The notes under the pieces were generated by a model. That model was not told the DNA's origin. It was given only the letters and a program-made list of their open reading frames with translations, and ran no database searches. A stretch of 64,000 nucleotides of DNA from Candidatus Krumholzibacteriota bacterium (GTDB lineage: Bacteria > Krumholzibacteriota > Krumholzibacteriia > JAJRXK01). The stretch lies in assembly GCA_963727455.1 (NCBI GenBank), contig CAVSGG010000010.1:64001-128000 (forward strand), given 5' to 3'. The position numbers and the translations under genes are program-made. Shown here piece by piece: positions 29,356-38,863 of the stretch; position 1 is the first letter of the stretch, and every line of letters starts with the position of its first letter.

Positions 29356-30678
29356 ATGCGAAAACCCGTCACCCTCATCGGCGGTGGCCTGGCCGGGTCC
29401 GAAGCCGCGCTGCAACTCGCGGCGCGCGGGCATTCCGTCCGCCTCTTCGAAATGCGGCCCACGCAGTCGACCGAAGCGCACAAGAGTGCCGACCTGGCCG
29501 AAATCGTCTGCAGCAATTCTTTCAAGAGCGAACGTGACGACACTGCGGCCGGTGTACTCAAGCTCGAACTCGATCTTCTGGGCTGCCGGCTGCTCGGCTT
29601 CGCACGGGATGCGCGGGTGCCGGCGGGCGCAGCATTGGCCATGGACCGCGAGCGCTTCTCCGGCGCGGTGACGCGCGCTCTGCTCGAAAGTCCAAACCTG
29701 AGCGTGGTGCGACAGGAGGCCGAGAGGATACCCGAGGAGCGGCCGTGTATCATCGCCACCGGCCCTTTGACCTCGGCCGCTCTGCAGGCGGATTTGGGCC
29801 GCTTGCTCGGCGAGGAATCTCTCTACTTCTACGACGCGATCGCGCCCTCGGTTCTTCTGGACTCGGTGGATCGCGAGATCGCGTTCAAGGCAGCGCGCTA
29901 CGAGAAGGGCGATGCCGATTACTACAACTGTCCCCTGAACAAGGCGGAGTACGAGCGCTTCGTGCACGAGCTTCTCGCGGCGGATCGCGTGCAGCCCAAG
30001 GACTTCGAAAAGGCGGCCTACTTTCAGGGTTGCATGCCAATCGAGGCCATCGCCGAGGGCGGTCGCGAGAGTCTACGCTTTGGCCCGATGCGGCCGGTGG
30101 GTCTGCGGGACCCACGTACGGGATGCCGTCCCTGGGCGGTGGTGCAGCTGCGGCAGGAGACGCTGGATGGAACGCTTTTCGGGCTGGTGGGATTCCAGAC
30201 CCAGCTCAAGTACCCCGAGCAGCGGCGCATCTTCTCCTTGATTCCCGGACTGGAGCAAGCGGAGTTCGCGCGTCTGGGAAGCCTTCACCGCAATACCTTC
30301 ATCAACAGCCCGAAGCATCTCGACGAGAGACTGCAGCTGCGTGGGCGCGAGGGCCTTCATCTCGCGGGACAGATGATCGGCTGCGAGGGTTATGTGGAGA
30401 GCATCGCCACCGGACTGGTGGCGGCACTCGCGGTGCACGCGCGGCAAGCGGATCTTCCCTTCGCGCCGCCGCCGCGAGAATCGATTCTCGGCGCGCTCCT
30501 GGCCTACCTGCGTCAGGACACTGGCCAGCGTCCCAGTCCCATGAACGTGAACTTCGGCCTCTTGCCGCCGCTGGAGGAGCGAATCAGGAGCAAACGGGAG
30601 CGCAAACAGGCGCTGGCCGCGCGTGCCGTCGCCGCCATGCGCGATTGGCGCGAGGAATTCGCAGCGCTTTTCACCTGA
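29356..30678 (+). CDS. trmFO: Methylenetetrahydrofolate-tRNA-(uracil-54-C5)-methyltransferase TrmFO (Gid)
   Basis: IGGGLAGSEAA, AEIVCSNS, VPAGAALAMDR, FYDAIAP, FGPMRPVGL, HRNTFINSP, PMNVNFGL. Confidence 0.95.
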   Translation: MRKPVTLIGGGLAGSEAALQLAARGHSVRLFEMRPTQSTEAHKSADLAEIVCSNSFKSERDDTAAGVLKLELDLLGCRLLGFARDARVPAGAALAMDRERFSGAVTRALLESPNLSVVRQEAERIPEERPCIIATGPLTSAALQADLGRLLGEESLYFYDAIAPSVLLDSVDREIAFKAARYEKGDADYYNCPLNKAEYERFVHELLAADRVQPKDFEKAAYFQGCMPIEAIAEGGRESLRFGPMRPVGLRDPRTGCRPWAVVQLRQETLDGTLFGLVGFQTQLKYPEQRRIFSLIPGLEQAEFARLGSLHRNTFINSPKHLDERLQLRGREGLHLAGQMIGCEGYVESIATGLVAALAVHARQADLPFAPPPRESILGALLAYLRQDTGQRPSPMNVNFGLLPPLEERIRSKRERKQALAARAVAAMRDWREEFAALFT

Positions 30679-30721
30679 GAGAAGAGCGGAGCCGCCAAAG
30701 GACTGCTACACTGCCAGCAGA

Positions 30722-31675
30722 ATGCCAGCCGTCCCCGAATTGGAGCAAGCCTGGATCGACCACCTCCGGGCGATCCGCGGATTGTCTCCGCGGACCTTGG
30801 AAGCCTACGCGCGCGACCTGGATTCGGTGCGGAGAGCCCTCAAAGCACAAATAACACAAGATACGAATTGGCTTGAGATTGACGCTGATCAGCTAAGAAT
30901 CTGGTTTAGATATGAACGCGGGCGCGGAATCAGCTCGAGGAGCTTGGCGCGCCGCCTCTCGGCCCTGCGCAGCTTCTTCAAGTTCCTCAAGAGCAAGGGG
31001 CTCAGGGCAGACCAGCCCACGCGCGCCCTGCACACTCCGCGGCTGAGCCGGCGGCTGCCGCGGGTACCGTCCGAAGAACTCGTGAAGCTCTTGCTGGAGA
31101 GTCCGGATTGCGCCACCGAGCGCGGCCGGCGGGACCGCGCGATCTTGGAGCTGCTCTACGGATGCGGCCTACGTCTAAGTGAATTGGTGGCGCTGCAACT
31201 CGCTGAAATCGATCTGCCCGGCGAGACGATGCGCGTGTTGGGAAAGGGAGCGAAGGAGAGAATCGTCCCTCTGGTGGGTGAAGCGAAGTACCGGCTTTCG
31301 GACTATCTTTCTCGCCGCTTGCCGGTAGAGGTCTACGATGCGCTGGCCCAGGGCGCCTTGCGCGGGGAGGATCGCGCGGTGCCCGTATTCTTGGGTCGCG
31401 CGGGTCGTCGAATCGCGCGGCGCACGGTGCAGGCGATGCTCGCCCGAACGATGCGCGCGGCTGCCCTGGGAACGGGCCTTTCGCCTCACGATCTCAGACA
31501 CGCTTTCGCGACGCATCTCTTGGACCGGGGCGCTGAGCTGCGCGGAGTGCAGGAGCTTTTGGGTCATGCCAGCCTCTCCACCACGCAGATCTACACCCAC
31601 GTTTCCTCGGCGCGCTTGAAAGAGGTCTATGGGCAGGCCCACCCGCGGGCAGGAGAGGAGAGAGAGGAAAAGTGA
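30722..31675 (+). CDS. xerC: Tyrosine recombinase XerC-type
   Basis: [55 protein letters not shown]; trmFO-xerC-hslVU synteny. Confidence 0.85.
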   Translation: MPAVPELEQAWIDHLRAIRGLSPRTLEAYARDLDSVRRALKAQITQDTNWLEIDADQLRIWFRYERGRGISSRSLARRLSALRSFFKFLKSKGLRADQPTRALHTPRLSRRLPRVPSEELVKLLLESPDCATERGRRDRAILELLYGCGLRLSELVALQLAEIDLPGETMRVLGKGAKERIVPLVGEAKYRLSDYLSRRLPVEVYDALAQGALRGEDRAVPVFLGRAGRRIARRTVQAMLARTMRAAALGTGLSPHDLRHAFATHLLDRGAELRGVQELLGHASLSTTQIYTHVSSARLKEVYGQAHPRAGEEREEK

Positions 31676-32223
31676 ATCCGAAGATTCTAGGGACGACGAT
31701 CTTGGGAGTGCGACGCGGCCGCGAGGTCTGCATCGGTGGCGACGGCCAGGTCACCTTCGGCGAAGTCACCATGAAGCGAGGCGCAAATAAGGTGCGCACC
31801 CTACAGGACGGGAAGATTTTGGCGGGTTTCGCGGGAAGCACGGCCGACGCCTTCACGCTCTTCGAAAAATTCGAGGGACACCTCGACGCCAAGGGAGGCA
31901 ATCTCCCGCGGGCCGCGGTGGCCCTGGCCAAGGAATGGCGCAGCGATCGGGTGCTCCGGCGGCTCGAAGCGTTGCTGGCGGTGATGGACGCCGAACACTC
32001 TTTCATCATCTCCGGCAGTGGCGACGTCATCGAACCGGACGACAATCTCATCGCCATCGGAAGCGGGGGCTCCTACGCGCTCGCGGCAGCACGGGCCCTC
32101 CTTGGCGCGACCGATCTGAATGCGCAGGAGATCTGCCAGCGGTCGCTGCAGATCGCAGCCGGTATCTGTATCTATACCAACGAGGAGATCACGACTCTCC
32201 AATTGAAGGACTTCGAGGAATGA
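31672..32223 (+). CDS. hslV: ATP-dependent protease peptidase subunit HslV
   Basis: GTTILGV (catalytic Thr), [36 protein letters not shown]. Confidence 0.97.
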   Translation: MNPKILGTTILGVRRGREVCIGGDGQVTFGEVTMKRGANKVRTLQDGKILAGFAGSTADAFTLFEKFEGHLDAKGGNLPRAAVALAKEWRSDRVLRRLEALLAVMDAEHSFIISGSGDVIEPDDNLIAIGSGGSYALAAARALLGATDLNAQEICQRSLQIAAGICIYTNEEITTLQLKDFEE

Positions 32224-33614
32224 GTGAGAAGATCATCGCAATCGACACCAAGGGTAGGGCGCAAATGGCGAGCGGCGCGATGACGCCCCGCCAAATCGTG
32301 ACCGAATTGGACCGCTATGTGGTGGGTCAGGACGACGCCAAGCGCGCGGTGGCGATCGCTCTGCGCAACCGCTGGCGGCGCATGAAGGTTCCCGAACCGA
32401 TGCGCGAAGAGATCATCCCCAACAACATTCTCATGATCGGTCCCACCGGCGTGGGGAAAACGGAGATCGCGCGGCGCTTGGCCCGTGTGGCCGGCGCCCC
32501 GTTCGTGAAAATCGAGGCGACCAAGTTCACCGAGAGAGGCTACGTGGGACGAGACGTCGAGAGCATGGTGCGTGACCTGGTGGAGGTCGCGGTCGGTATC
32601 GTGCGCCAGGAAATTACCGAGGAAGTGGAGGAGAGTGCGGTGGCCTTCGTGGAGGAACGCCTGCTGGATCTCCTCTTGCCGCCGCTGCGGGATGCCTCGC
32701 CGGAAACCCAAGAGCGCTGGCGCAAGAGCCGGCAGAAGCTGCGCGCGCAACTTCAGGCTCACGAGCTCGAAGAACGCGAAGTCACCGTGGAGGTCACCAC
32801 GCGTCCCGGGGCTCAGTTCGGAATTCTCTCCACTGGGGGGGACGAGCTGCTCGAATCGGGTCTGGGGGACGCCCTCAAGAGCCTCTTTCCCAAGCAACGC
32901 AAGTCGCGGCAGGTGAGTCTGGCCGAGGCGCGACGGCTTTTGCGCGAGGAGGAGCTGGATCGACGTATCGACATGGAGAAGGTGACGACGGAGGCCCTGC
33001 TCCGGACCGAAACGTCGGGGATCATCTTCCTGGACGAGATCGACAAGATCGCCAGTCGAAACGAGACCTCGGGCGTGGACGTCAGCCGCGAGGGCGTACA
33101 GCGCGATCTCCTACCGGTGGTGGAAGGCGCCACCGTGCAGACCAAGTACGGTGCGGTCTCCACCGACCACATTCTCTTCATCGCCGCAGGCGCGTTTCAC
33201 ATGAGCAAGCCCAGCGACCTGATCCCGGAACTGCAGGGAAGATTTCCCATCCGCGTGGAGATGAACAGCCTCTCGCAAGAGGACTTCGTGCGCATTCTGC
33301 AGGAACCGGAAAACTCCCTGCCCCGGCAGTACCAGGCGCTCCTTCAGACCGAAGGCTGCGAGCTCAGTTTCCAGCCCGAGGCATTCGAGGAAATCGGCCG
33401 CATCGCCTGGGAGGTCAACCGAAGCCAGGAGAACATCGGGGCGCGCCGTTTGCACACCATCATGACCTCGCTCCTGGATGAAATGCTGTTTGAACTTCCA
33501 CCCACCAGCGGGCAGAATCCACCACCGACCCGGATCGTGATCGACAAGAAGTTCGTGGACGAGAAGCTCATGCGTATCGTCAAGGACGAGGATCTGAGTC
33601 GCTTCATTCTGTAG
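32220..33614 (+). CDS. hslU: ATP-dependent protease ATPase subunit HslU
   Basis: [66 protein letters not shown]. Confidence 0.97.
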   Translation: MSEKIIAIDTKGRAQMASGAMTPRQIVTELDRYVVGQDDAKRAVAIALRNRWRRMKVPEPMREEIIPNNILMIGPTGVGKTEIARRLARVAGAPFVKIEATKFTERGYVGRDVESMVRDLVEVAVGIVRQEITEEVEESAVAFVEERLLDLLLPPLRDASPETQERWRKSRQKLRAQLQAHELEEREVTVEVTTRPGAQFGILSTGGDELLESGLGDALKSLFPKQRKSRQVSLAEARRLLREEELDRRIDMEKVTTEALLRTETSGIIFLDEIDKIASRNETSGVDVSREGVQRDLLPVVEGATVQTKYGAVSTDHILFIAAGAFHMSKPSDLIPELQGRFPIRVEMNSLSQEDFVRILQEPENSLPRQYQALLQTEGCELSFQPEAFEEIGRIAWEVNRSQENIGARRLHTIMTSLLDEMLFELPPTSGQNPPPTRIVIDKKFVDEKLMRIVKDEDLSRFIL

Positions 33615-33655
33615 TGGTGGAGCAATGAGGAACCCGCCAAGGGGAAGGTGTCGGC

Positions 33656-34579
33656 ATGAAGAAGCTGTCCAGCAAAGACCTGGTGACCATTCTCGATTTG
33701 AGCCGCGAAGACCTGACGACTCTCTTTGAGACCACCCGCGAGCAAAAGCCCAAGGCGAGGGAGCACGCCTTGCCGGCAAGCCATCCCAGCCGGACTCTGG
33801 CCTGTATCTTTCACAAGCCCAGCCTCAGAACCCGCATTTCCTTCGAGGTGGCCATCCGTCAACTCGGGGGCAATTCGCTCTACATCACCGAAAAGGAGAT
33901 CGGTCTGGGTAGCCGCGAGTCGGTCGAAGACGTAGCGCGAGTCCTGAGCCGACTCGTCGACGGCATCATGATTCGTACCTTCGATCACTCGCTGGTCGAG
34001 AACTTGGCCGCGGCCGCCACCGTGCCGGTGGTGAACGGCCTGACCGATCTTGCGCATCCCTGTCAGATTCTGGCGGATGTCTTCACGGTCATCGAGGAGT
34101 TGGGCGGCATCGACAACAAGAAGATCGTCTACGTGGGAGACGGAAACAACATTGCGCATTCCTGGATCAACGCGGCCGCATTGCTCGATTTCTCGCTGGT
34201 CATCTGCACCCCGAACGATTACGAACCCAATCCCGCCGTGGTGGAAAAGGCCACGGCCAAGGGCAAGCTGAATCTCACGATCACGAGCGATCCGCATCAG
34301 GCGGTGCGCGGGGCGGATGTGGTCTATACCGACGTCTGGGCCAGCATGGGTCAGGAGTCGGAAGCGGAGGCAAGGGCCAAGATCTTCGCCGACTACCAGG
34401 TCAACGAAGAACTCTTGTCGCAGGCCAAGAAGGAGGCCATTGTCTTGCATTGCCTCCCGGCCCATCGCGGCATGGAGATCACCGACGGAGTGATGGATGG
34501 TGCGGCGAGTCGAGTATTCGAGGAAGCGGAGAACCGTTTGCATGTCCAGAGAGCGCTACTCTACCACCTCATGCGGTGA
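33656..34579 (+). CDS. argF: Ornithine carbamoyltransferase
   Basis: KPSLRTR, HPCQILAD, GDGNN, DVWASMG ornithine loop, HCLPAHRG, EAENRLH. Confidence 0.93.
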   Translation: MKKLSSKDLVTILDLSREDLTTLFETTREQKPKAREHALPASHPSRTLACIFHKPSLRTRISFEVAIRQLGGNSLYITEKEIGLGSRESVEDVARVLSRLVDGIMIRTFDHSLVENLAAAATVPVVNGLTDLAHPCQILADVFTVIEELGGIDNKKIVYVGDGNNIAHSWINAAALLDFSLVICTPNDYEPNPAVVEKATAKGKLNLTITSDPHQAVRGADVVYTDVWASMGQESEAEARAKIFADYQVNEELLSQAKKEAIVLHCLPAHRGMEITDGVMDGAASRVFEEAENRLHVQRALLYHLMR

Positions 34580-35687
34580 GTTCGCGCGCCTCGGTTGGGG
34601 CGCGGGGCTCTGCGCCCTCCTTGCACTGTTCGTGGCGGCCTGCGCACAAACGGGTCCCCCACCCGGTGGTCCGGTGGACGAGACCCCACCGCAGCTTCTC
34701 TCGGCCGAGCCGGGGAGCTTGGCGCTGCGGGTCGATCCGCTGACCCCGCTCGTTCTGAATTTCAGTGAGAAGGTCGATCGTCGCGGCTTCCGCGGCTCCA
34801 TCCACTTTGCGCCCGAGATCCGCGTGCGGGACATCGGTTTCGACGCGAGCACGGTGACGGTTCGTCCCGAGACGGGATGGCCGAACGACACCCTGGTGGT
34901 GTGGACCCTGCTGCCCACTCTCAGCGATCGTCACAACGTGAAGCTCGGGGCCCCGGTGAGCGGAGCCTTCACCACCGCCGACACCATCCCCGAGGGCATG
35001 ATCAAGGGACAGGTACAGGGGAAGGACCTGAAGCTCGACCAGGTAGTGGCCCAGCTGAGCGCGCTCGGAACCGCCGGTTCGAAGAAGCCGGTGCTGTGGC
35101 GGATGGTGGCTCCCAACGAGCTGGGTTTCTTCCGGCTCGGTCTCCTCGCCTCGCCCTCGGGTCCCTATGATCTGCAGGTCTTTCAAGACAACAACAAGAA
35201 CGGCAAGCGTGACAAGCGCGAACCCACGGCCGAGCAGGATTCCCTCTACCTGACCGCTAGCAGCTCGGTCCTGGACCTGGGAACGCTGACTCTGGTGGAT
35301 CTGGAAGCGCCGGTGGACTTTCTCGTGCGCATGCAGTTGAGCGAGGCTGACAGCTTCCCGGTGCGCGTGGCGCTGCGCCCCATCGGCGTGGAGGAGGCTC
35401 GCGTGCAGACCACGACCTTGGATACCCTGGGCAGCGCGAAATCCCAGATTACTCCGGGCGAGTATCGCATCTCCGCCTGGATGGATCTGGATAACGACAA
35501 CCACTTCGGCCCCGCGGAGGGGGGATTGAGCGAGCCCTTCACCGGCGAGACGAAGCTCGATATCGAGCCGGCGCATCCCGATAGTCTGAGCTTGCCGCGC
35601 CCGAGCGAGAGTTTGCCGTGGGCAGAGCTGGACACGATGCGTACACCCCCCTTGCCCCGTTCGCTCTTCTTGGAGAACGCCCCGTGA
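34542..35687 (+). CDS. Ig-like (Big_5-type) domain lipoprotein
   Basis: Lipobox FVAAC followed by AQTGPPPGGPVDETPP, NFSEKV, DNNKNG and DLDNDN loops; start uncertain (see findings). Confidence 0.7.
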   Translation: MSRERYSTTSCGEFARLGWGAGLCALLALFVAACAQTGPPPGGPVDETPPQLLSAEPGSLALRVDPLTPLVLNFSEKVDRRGFRGSIHFAPEIRVRDIGFDASTVTVRPETGWPNDTLVVWTLLPTLSDRHNVKLGAPVSGAFTTADTIPEGMIKGQVQGKDLKLDQVVAQLSALGTAGSKKPVLWRMVAPNELGFFRLGLLASPSGPYDLQVFQDNNKNGKRDKREPTAEQDSLYLTASSSVLDLGTLTLVDLEAPVDFLVRMQLSEADSFPVRVALRPIGVEEARVQTTTLDTLGSAKSQITPGEYRISAWMDLDNDNHFGPAEGGLSEPFTGETKLDIEPAHPDSLSLPRPSESLPWAELDTMRTPPLPRSLFLENAP

Positions 35688-36532
35688 GAGGAGCTCCCTT
35701 GGAACTACCCTTCGCGAAAATGCACGGAGCCGCCAACGACTTCGTCATTCTTCAGGAAGCGCCACCTGCCACGCCACGAGATGCAGCTCTGGTGCGCGCG
35801 CTGTGTCACCGGCGGCTGGGAATCGGAGCGGACGGCGCTCTGTTCATGGAACGCTTGCAACAAGCTGAACCGGGGCAGCCGGTCTTCCGCATGTACTTCT
35901 ACAACATGGACGGAAGCTATTGCGAAATGTGCTTTAACGGAGCGCGCTGTTGCGCACTTAGAGCCTGGCATTTGGGCTGGTGCGGAGAATCGTTTTCTTT
36001 CCTCAGCGAGTACGGATTCATCGAAGCGGAGATTCTGCAGAAGGGCGCGCGAGTGCGGCTGACATTTCCGGCTCCGCGTTGCGAGAGTGGTCGATTGAAA
36101 CTTCCCGAAAGCGCAGTAGCGCCTTACGGACATCGCGTGAGCACCGGCGATCCGCACCTGGTGGTGGAGGTGGAGTCGGAGCTTCTCGAATCCCCCGAGT
36201 TCGAAAACATGGCCCGTCCCCTGCGCTGGTGGACGGAGGTCTTTCCCGAGGGCACCAACGTGCACTTCGTGCATCGCGGAGAAAATGCCTGGTGGATACG
36301 CTCTTTCGAACGCGGGGTCGAGGGGGAGACCTGGGCCTGTGGCAGTGGCTGCATTGCCAGCGTGGCCGCTCTGGCCGGGGTGGATCCGCTCGAGGAAGCC
36401 TTGCTACTCATCACCCGCGGGGGAGACGAGATCAGGGTGCAACCTAAGGCGGGCCGGTGGACACTGGAGGGTCCGGCCGTGGAGGTCTTCAGCGCGAGCT
36501 TTCCGTGGGACGGGGTCTTCGATCCCGCTTGA
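35684..36532 (+). CDS. dapF: Diaminopimelate epimerase
   Basis: KMHGAANDF, RRLGIGADG, NMDGS..EMC.NGARC, TGDPH, FPEGTNV, FERGVEGETWACGSG; start GTG 35684 or TTG 35699. Confidence 0.88.
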   Translation: MRGAPLELPFAKMHGAANDFVILQEAPPATPRDAALVRALCHRRLGIGADGALFMERLQQAEPGQPVFRMYFYNMDGSYCEMCFNGARCCALRAWHLGWCGESFSFLSEYGFIEAEILQKGARVRLTFPAPRCESGRLKLPESAVAPYGHRVSTGDPHLVVEVESELLESPEFENMARPLRWWTEVFPEGTNVHFVHRGENAWWIRSFERGVEGETWACGSGCIASVAALAGVDPLEEALLLITRGGDEIRVQPKAGRWTLEGPAVEVFSASFPWDGVFDPA

Positions 36533-36554
36533 GACAGGAGAGGCCCAAACGCGA

Positions 36555-36577
36555 AACGCCAGCGCGAAGCTGGCGTT
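36555..36577. terminator. Terminator hairpin between convergent dapF and rpsT
   Basis: Perfect 9-bp stem AACGCCAGC-GCGAA-GCTGGCGTT; short T-run on the minus strand. Confidence 0.6.
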
Positions 36578-36608
36578 CTGCGATGGAAAACCGTGGGAGC
36601 GGAACCGC

Positions 36609-36872
36609 TCAGGACTCGGCGCGGGGCGCTAGGCGGCTCTTGAGCCGGGCGGCCTTATTCTTGTGGAGGAAGCCCTTGTTTGCCATCTTGTCCAGCAGGC
36701 CGCTGACCTTCTGGTATTCGAGCATTAGCTCTTCCTTGGCGGCACCTTCCATGCGGGAGTGCTGACGGAGATCGCGGATCGCGTGGCGCAGACGACTGCC
36801 GCGCGCCATGTTGCGCTGGCGGCGAATCTCATTGGTCTTGACACGCTTCTTCGTGGACTTGTTGTGCGGCAC
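36609..36872 (-). CDS. rpsT: 30S ribosomal protein S20
   Basis: PHNKSTKKRVKTNEIRRQRN..LDKMANKGFLHKNKAARLKSRL; GTG start with AGGA SD. Confidence 0.95.
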   Translation of the reverse strand: MPHNKSTKKRVKTNEIRRQRNMARGSRLRHAIRDLRQHSRMEGAAKEELMLEYQKVSGLLDKMANKGFLHKNKAARLKSRLAPRAES

Positions 36873-36959
36873 CGCGGACCATCCTTGACTTTGAACTCGC
36901 GCTGAGAGACGAATTCGAACGATGTATGAGGGAACTCTCTCTGAAGAGAGTGGGGCGAA

Positions 36960-36988
36960 ACGATAGCCAAAGGGCTCGGGCGTGTCAA
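36960..36988 (-). promoter_or_regulatory. Sigma-70 promoter of rpsT
   Basis: Minus strand TTGACA-17 nt-TATCGT. Confidence 0.65.
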
Positions 36989-37034
36989 GCTGACCGGTTT
37001 GTCCCGGTCGGCGACGCAGCCCGGGCGGCCTGCC

Positions 37035-38861
37035 ATGGATCCTGAACACCCGCTATTCAAGAAACTCGAGGGCCTGCCGGAGTCTCCCGGAGTGTACCTC
37101 ATGAAGGACGAGCACGGGCGCGTCCTCTACGTGGGCAAGGCGGCGCGGCTGGCGGTCCGCGTGCGCTCGTATTTCGCGCCGGAGAACAGTCTGGATCAAA
37201 AGACGGCCGCCCTGGTGCGCAAGATCGCGGACTTCGACTACGTGGTCACTGCCAACGAGCGCGAAGCCCTCCTGCTGGAAGATCAGCTCATCAAGGAATT
37301 CAAGCCGCGCTACAACATCCGGCTCAAGGATGACAAACGTTACCCTTGGTTGCGGCTCAGCGTGGGCGAGCCCTTTCCCCGGCTCAGCGTGGTGCGCAAA
37401 CCCAAAGAGGATGGTCAGGAGTACTACGGTCCCTACACCAACGCGAAGGCCATGCGGCAGACCCTGAAGACCATCGGACAGGTCTTCCGGATCCGAACCT
37501 GCCAGCTTCGCTTGCCCGAGGAGACCGTGCCCAGGCCCTGCCTCGACTACCACATCAAGCGCTGCGACGCGCCCTGCGTGAACTACATCGACCGCGAGTC
37601 CTATGGTCTGCTCGTAGAGCAGGTCCGTCTCTTCTTGTCGGGCCAAAGTCGCGGTCTACTCGACGCGCTTCAAACGCGGATGGACGCGGCCAGCAAGGCC
37701 CTGCGTTTCGAGGAGGCAGCGCGGCTGCGCGATCAGCTGGAAGCGGTGCGGCGACTGGACTCCAAGCAGGAGGTGGTGTGGGATCCCGGACGAGACGTCG
37801 ACGCTTTCGGGTTGGACCGGGAAGGCAGGCAGGCCTGCGGCGTGGTGCTGCGCGTGCGCGACGGCAAACTTCTGCACTCGGAGGCCTACTTCTTCTCCTC
37901 AACGCGTGTGAGTGAAGTGGACGAGTTCTTTCAGCGCTTCACTTCCTCGGTCTTCAGCTCGCAACGTAACGGCGGGCGTGAGGTGATGCTGATGCGCGAG
38001 ATCCCCCAGATGGATCACTGGGAGGAAGTGTTGGGAGAACGCCTGGGGCGGAGGGTACACATCCGGGTGGCCCACCGCGGCAAGGCCAAGGGTCTGGTGG
38101 ACATGGCTTGCTCCAATGCGCGCTGGAAGCTGCGCGAGCGTCTGGGCTCGAGCGCTCCTTCGCGGAAGGAAGTGCCCTCCGTGCTCGACCTGAAGGAGCG
38201 ACTCTCCTTAGCGGTGGCCCCCTGGAGTATCGAGTGTTTCGACATGAGTCACATTCAGGGGAGTCAGCGTGTCGGCTCTCTGGTGTACTTCCAGGCCGGT
38301 GAGCCGCTCAAGAGCCGCTACCGCCGTTTCCGCATCCAACAGGCCGAGGGCATCGACGATTTCGGGATGATGCAAGAAGTACTCGAACGCTACTACAGCC
38401 GCCTTCGGGACGAGGACAAACTTCCGGCCGATCTCGTCGTGGTCGACGGCGGGGCGGGGCAGCTCTCGGTCGCCGTGTCCACCCTCAGCCGATACGGCTT
38501 CGTGGAGACCGCAGTGGCGGGCCTGGCAAAGAAGCACGAAGAAATCTATCTGCCGAATCGCAGGGATCCGGTGCGCCTACCCAAGAGTTCCTCCGGACTC
38601 AAGCTCTTGCAGCGCGCGCGGGACGAGGCGCATCGTTTCGCGGTGAGCTACCATCGTAATCTGCGCGGAAAGGAACTCAAGAAGAGCCTCTTGGACGAGA
38701 TACCGGGAATCGGCGCCAAGAAGAAGCGTGCGCTGTTCTTGCGCTTCGGTTCGGTCGATGCGGTGGCAAGGGCGGCGGCGTCCGATCTGGTGGGAGTGGA
38801 GGGAATCGGCAGGGGCGACGCCGAGCGCATCCTCGCGTTTTTCAGCCGGAGGAAGAGCTGA
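37035..38861 (+). CDS. uvrC: Excinuclease ABC subunit C
   Basis: GIY-YIG PGVYLMKD..LYVGKA, PRYNIRLKDDK, FEEAARLRD, IECFDMSH, VDGGAGQL, RDEAHRFA, HhH IPGIG. Confidence 0.97.
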   Translation: MDPEHPLFKKLEGLPESPGVYLMKDEHGRVLYVGKAARLAVRVRSYFAPENSLDQKTAALVRKIADFDYVVTANEREALLLEDQLIKEFKPRYNIRLKDDKRYPWLRLSVGEPFPRLSVVRKPKEDGQEYYGPYTNAKAMRQTLKTIGQVFRIRTCQLRLPEETVPRPCLDYHIKRCDAPCVNYIDRESYGLLVEQVRLFLSGQSRGLLDALQTRMDAASKALRFEEAARLRDQLEAVRRLDSKQEVVWDPGRDVDAFGLDREGRQACGVVLRVRDGKLLHSEAYFFSSTRVSEVDEFFQRFTSSVFSSQRNGGREVMLMREIPQMDHWEEVLGERLGRRVHIRVAHRGKAKGLVDMACSNARWKLRERLGSSAPSRKEVPSVLDLKERLSLAVAPWSIECFDMSHIQGSQRVGSLVYFQAGEPLKSRYRRFRIQQAEGIDDFGMMQEVLERYYSRLRDEDKLPADLVVVDGGAGQLSVAVSTLSRYGFVETAVAGLAKKHEEIYLPNRRDPVRLPKSSSGLKLLQRARDEAHRFAVSYHRNLRGKELKKSLLDEIPGIGAKKKRALFLRFGSVDAVARAAASDLVGVEGIGRGDAERILAFFSRRKS

Positions 38862-38863
38862 AG

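Noticed and set aside
33810-33850. SLRT carbamoyl-phosphate motif suggesting an acetyl- or succinyl-ornithine transcarbamylase
   Set aside because: The DxxxSMG ornithine-binding loop and HCLPAHRG are intact, indicating an ordinary OTCase.
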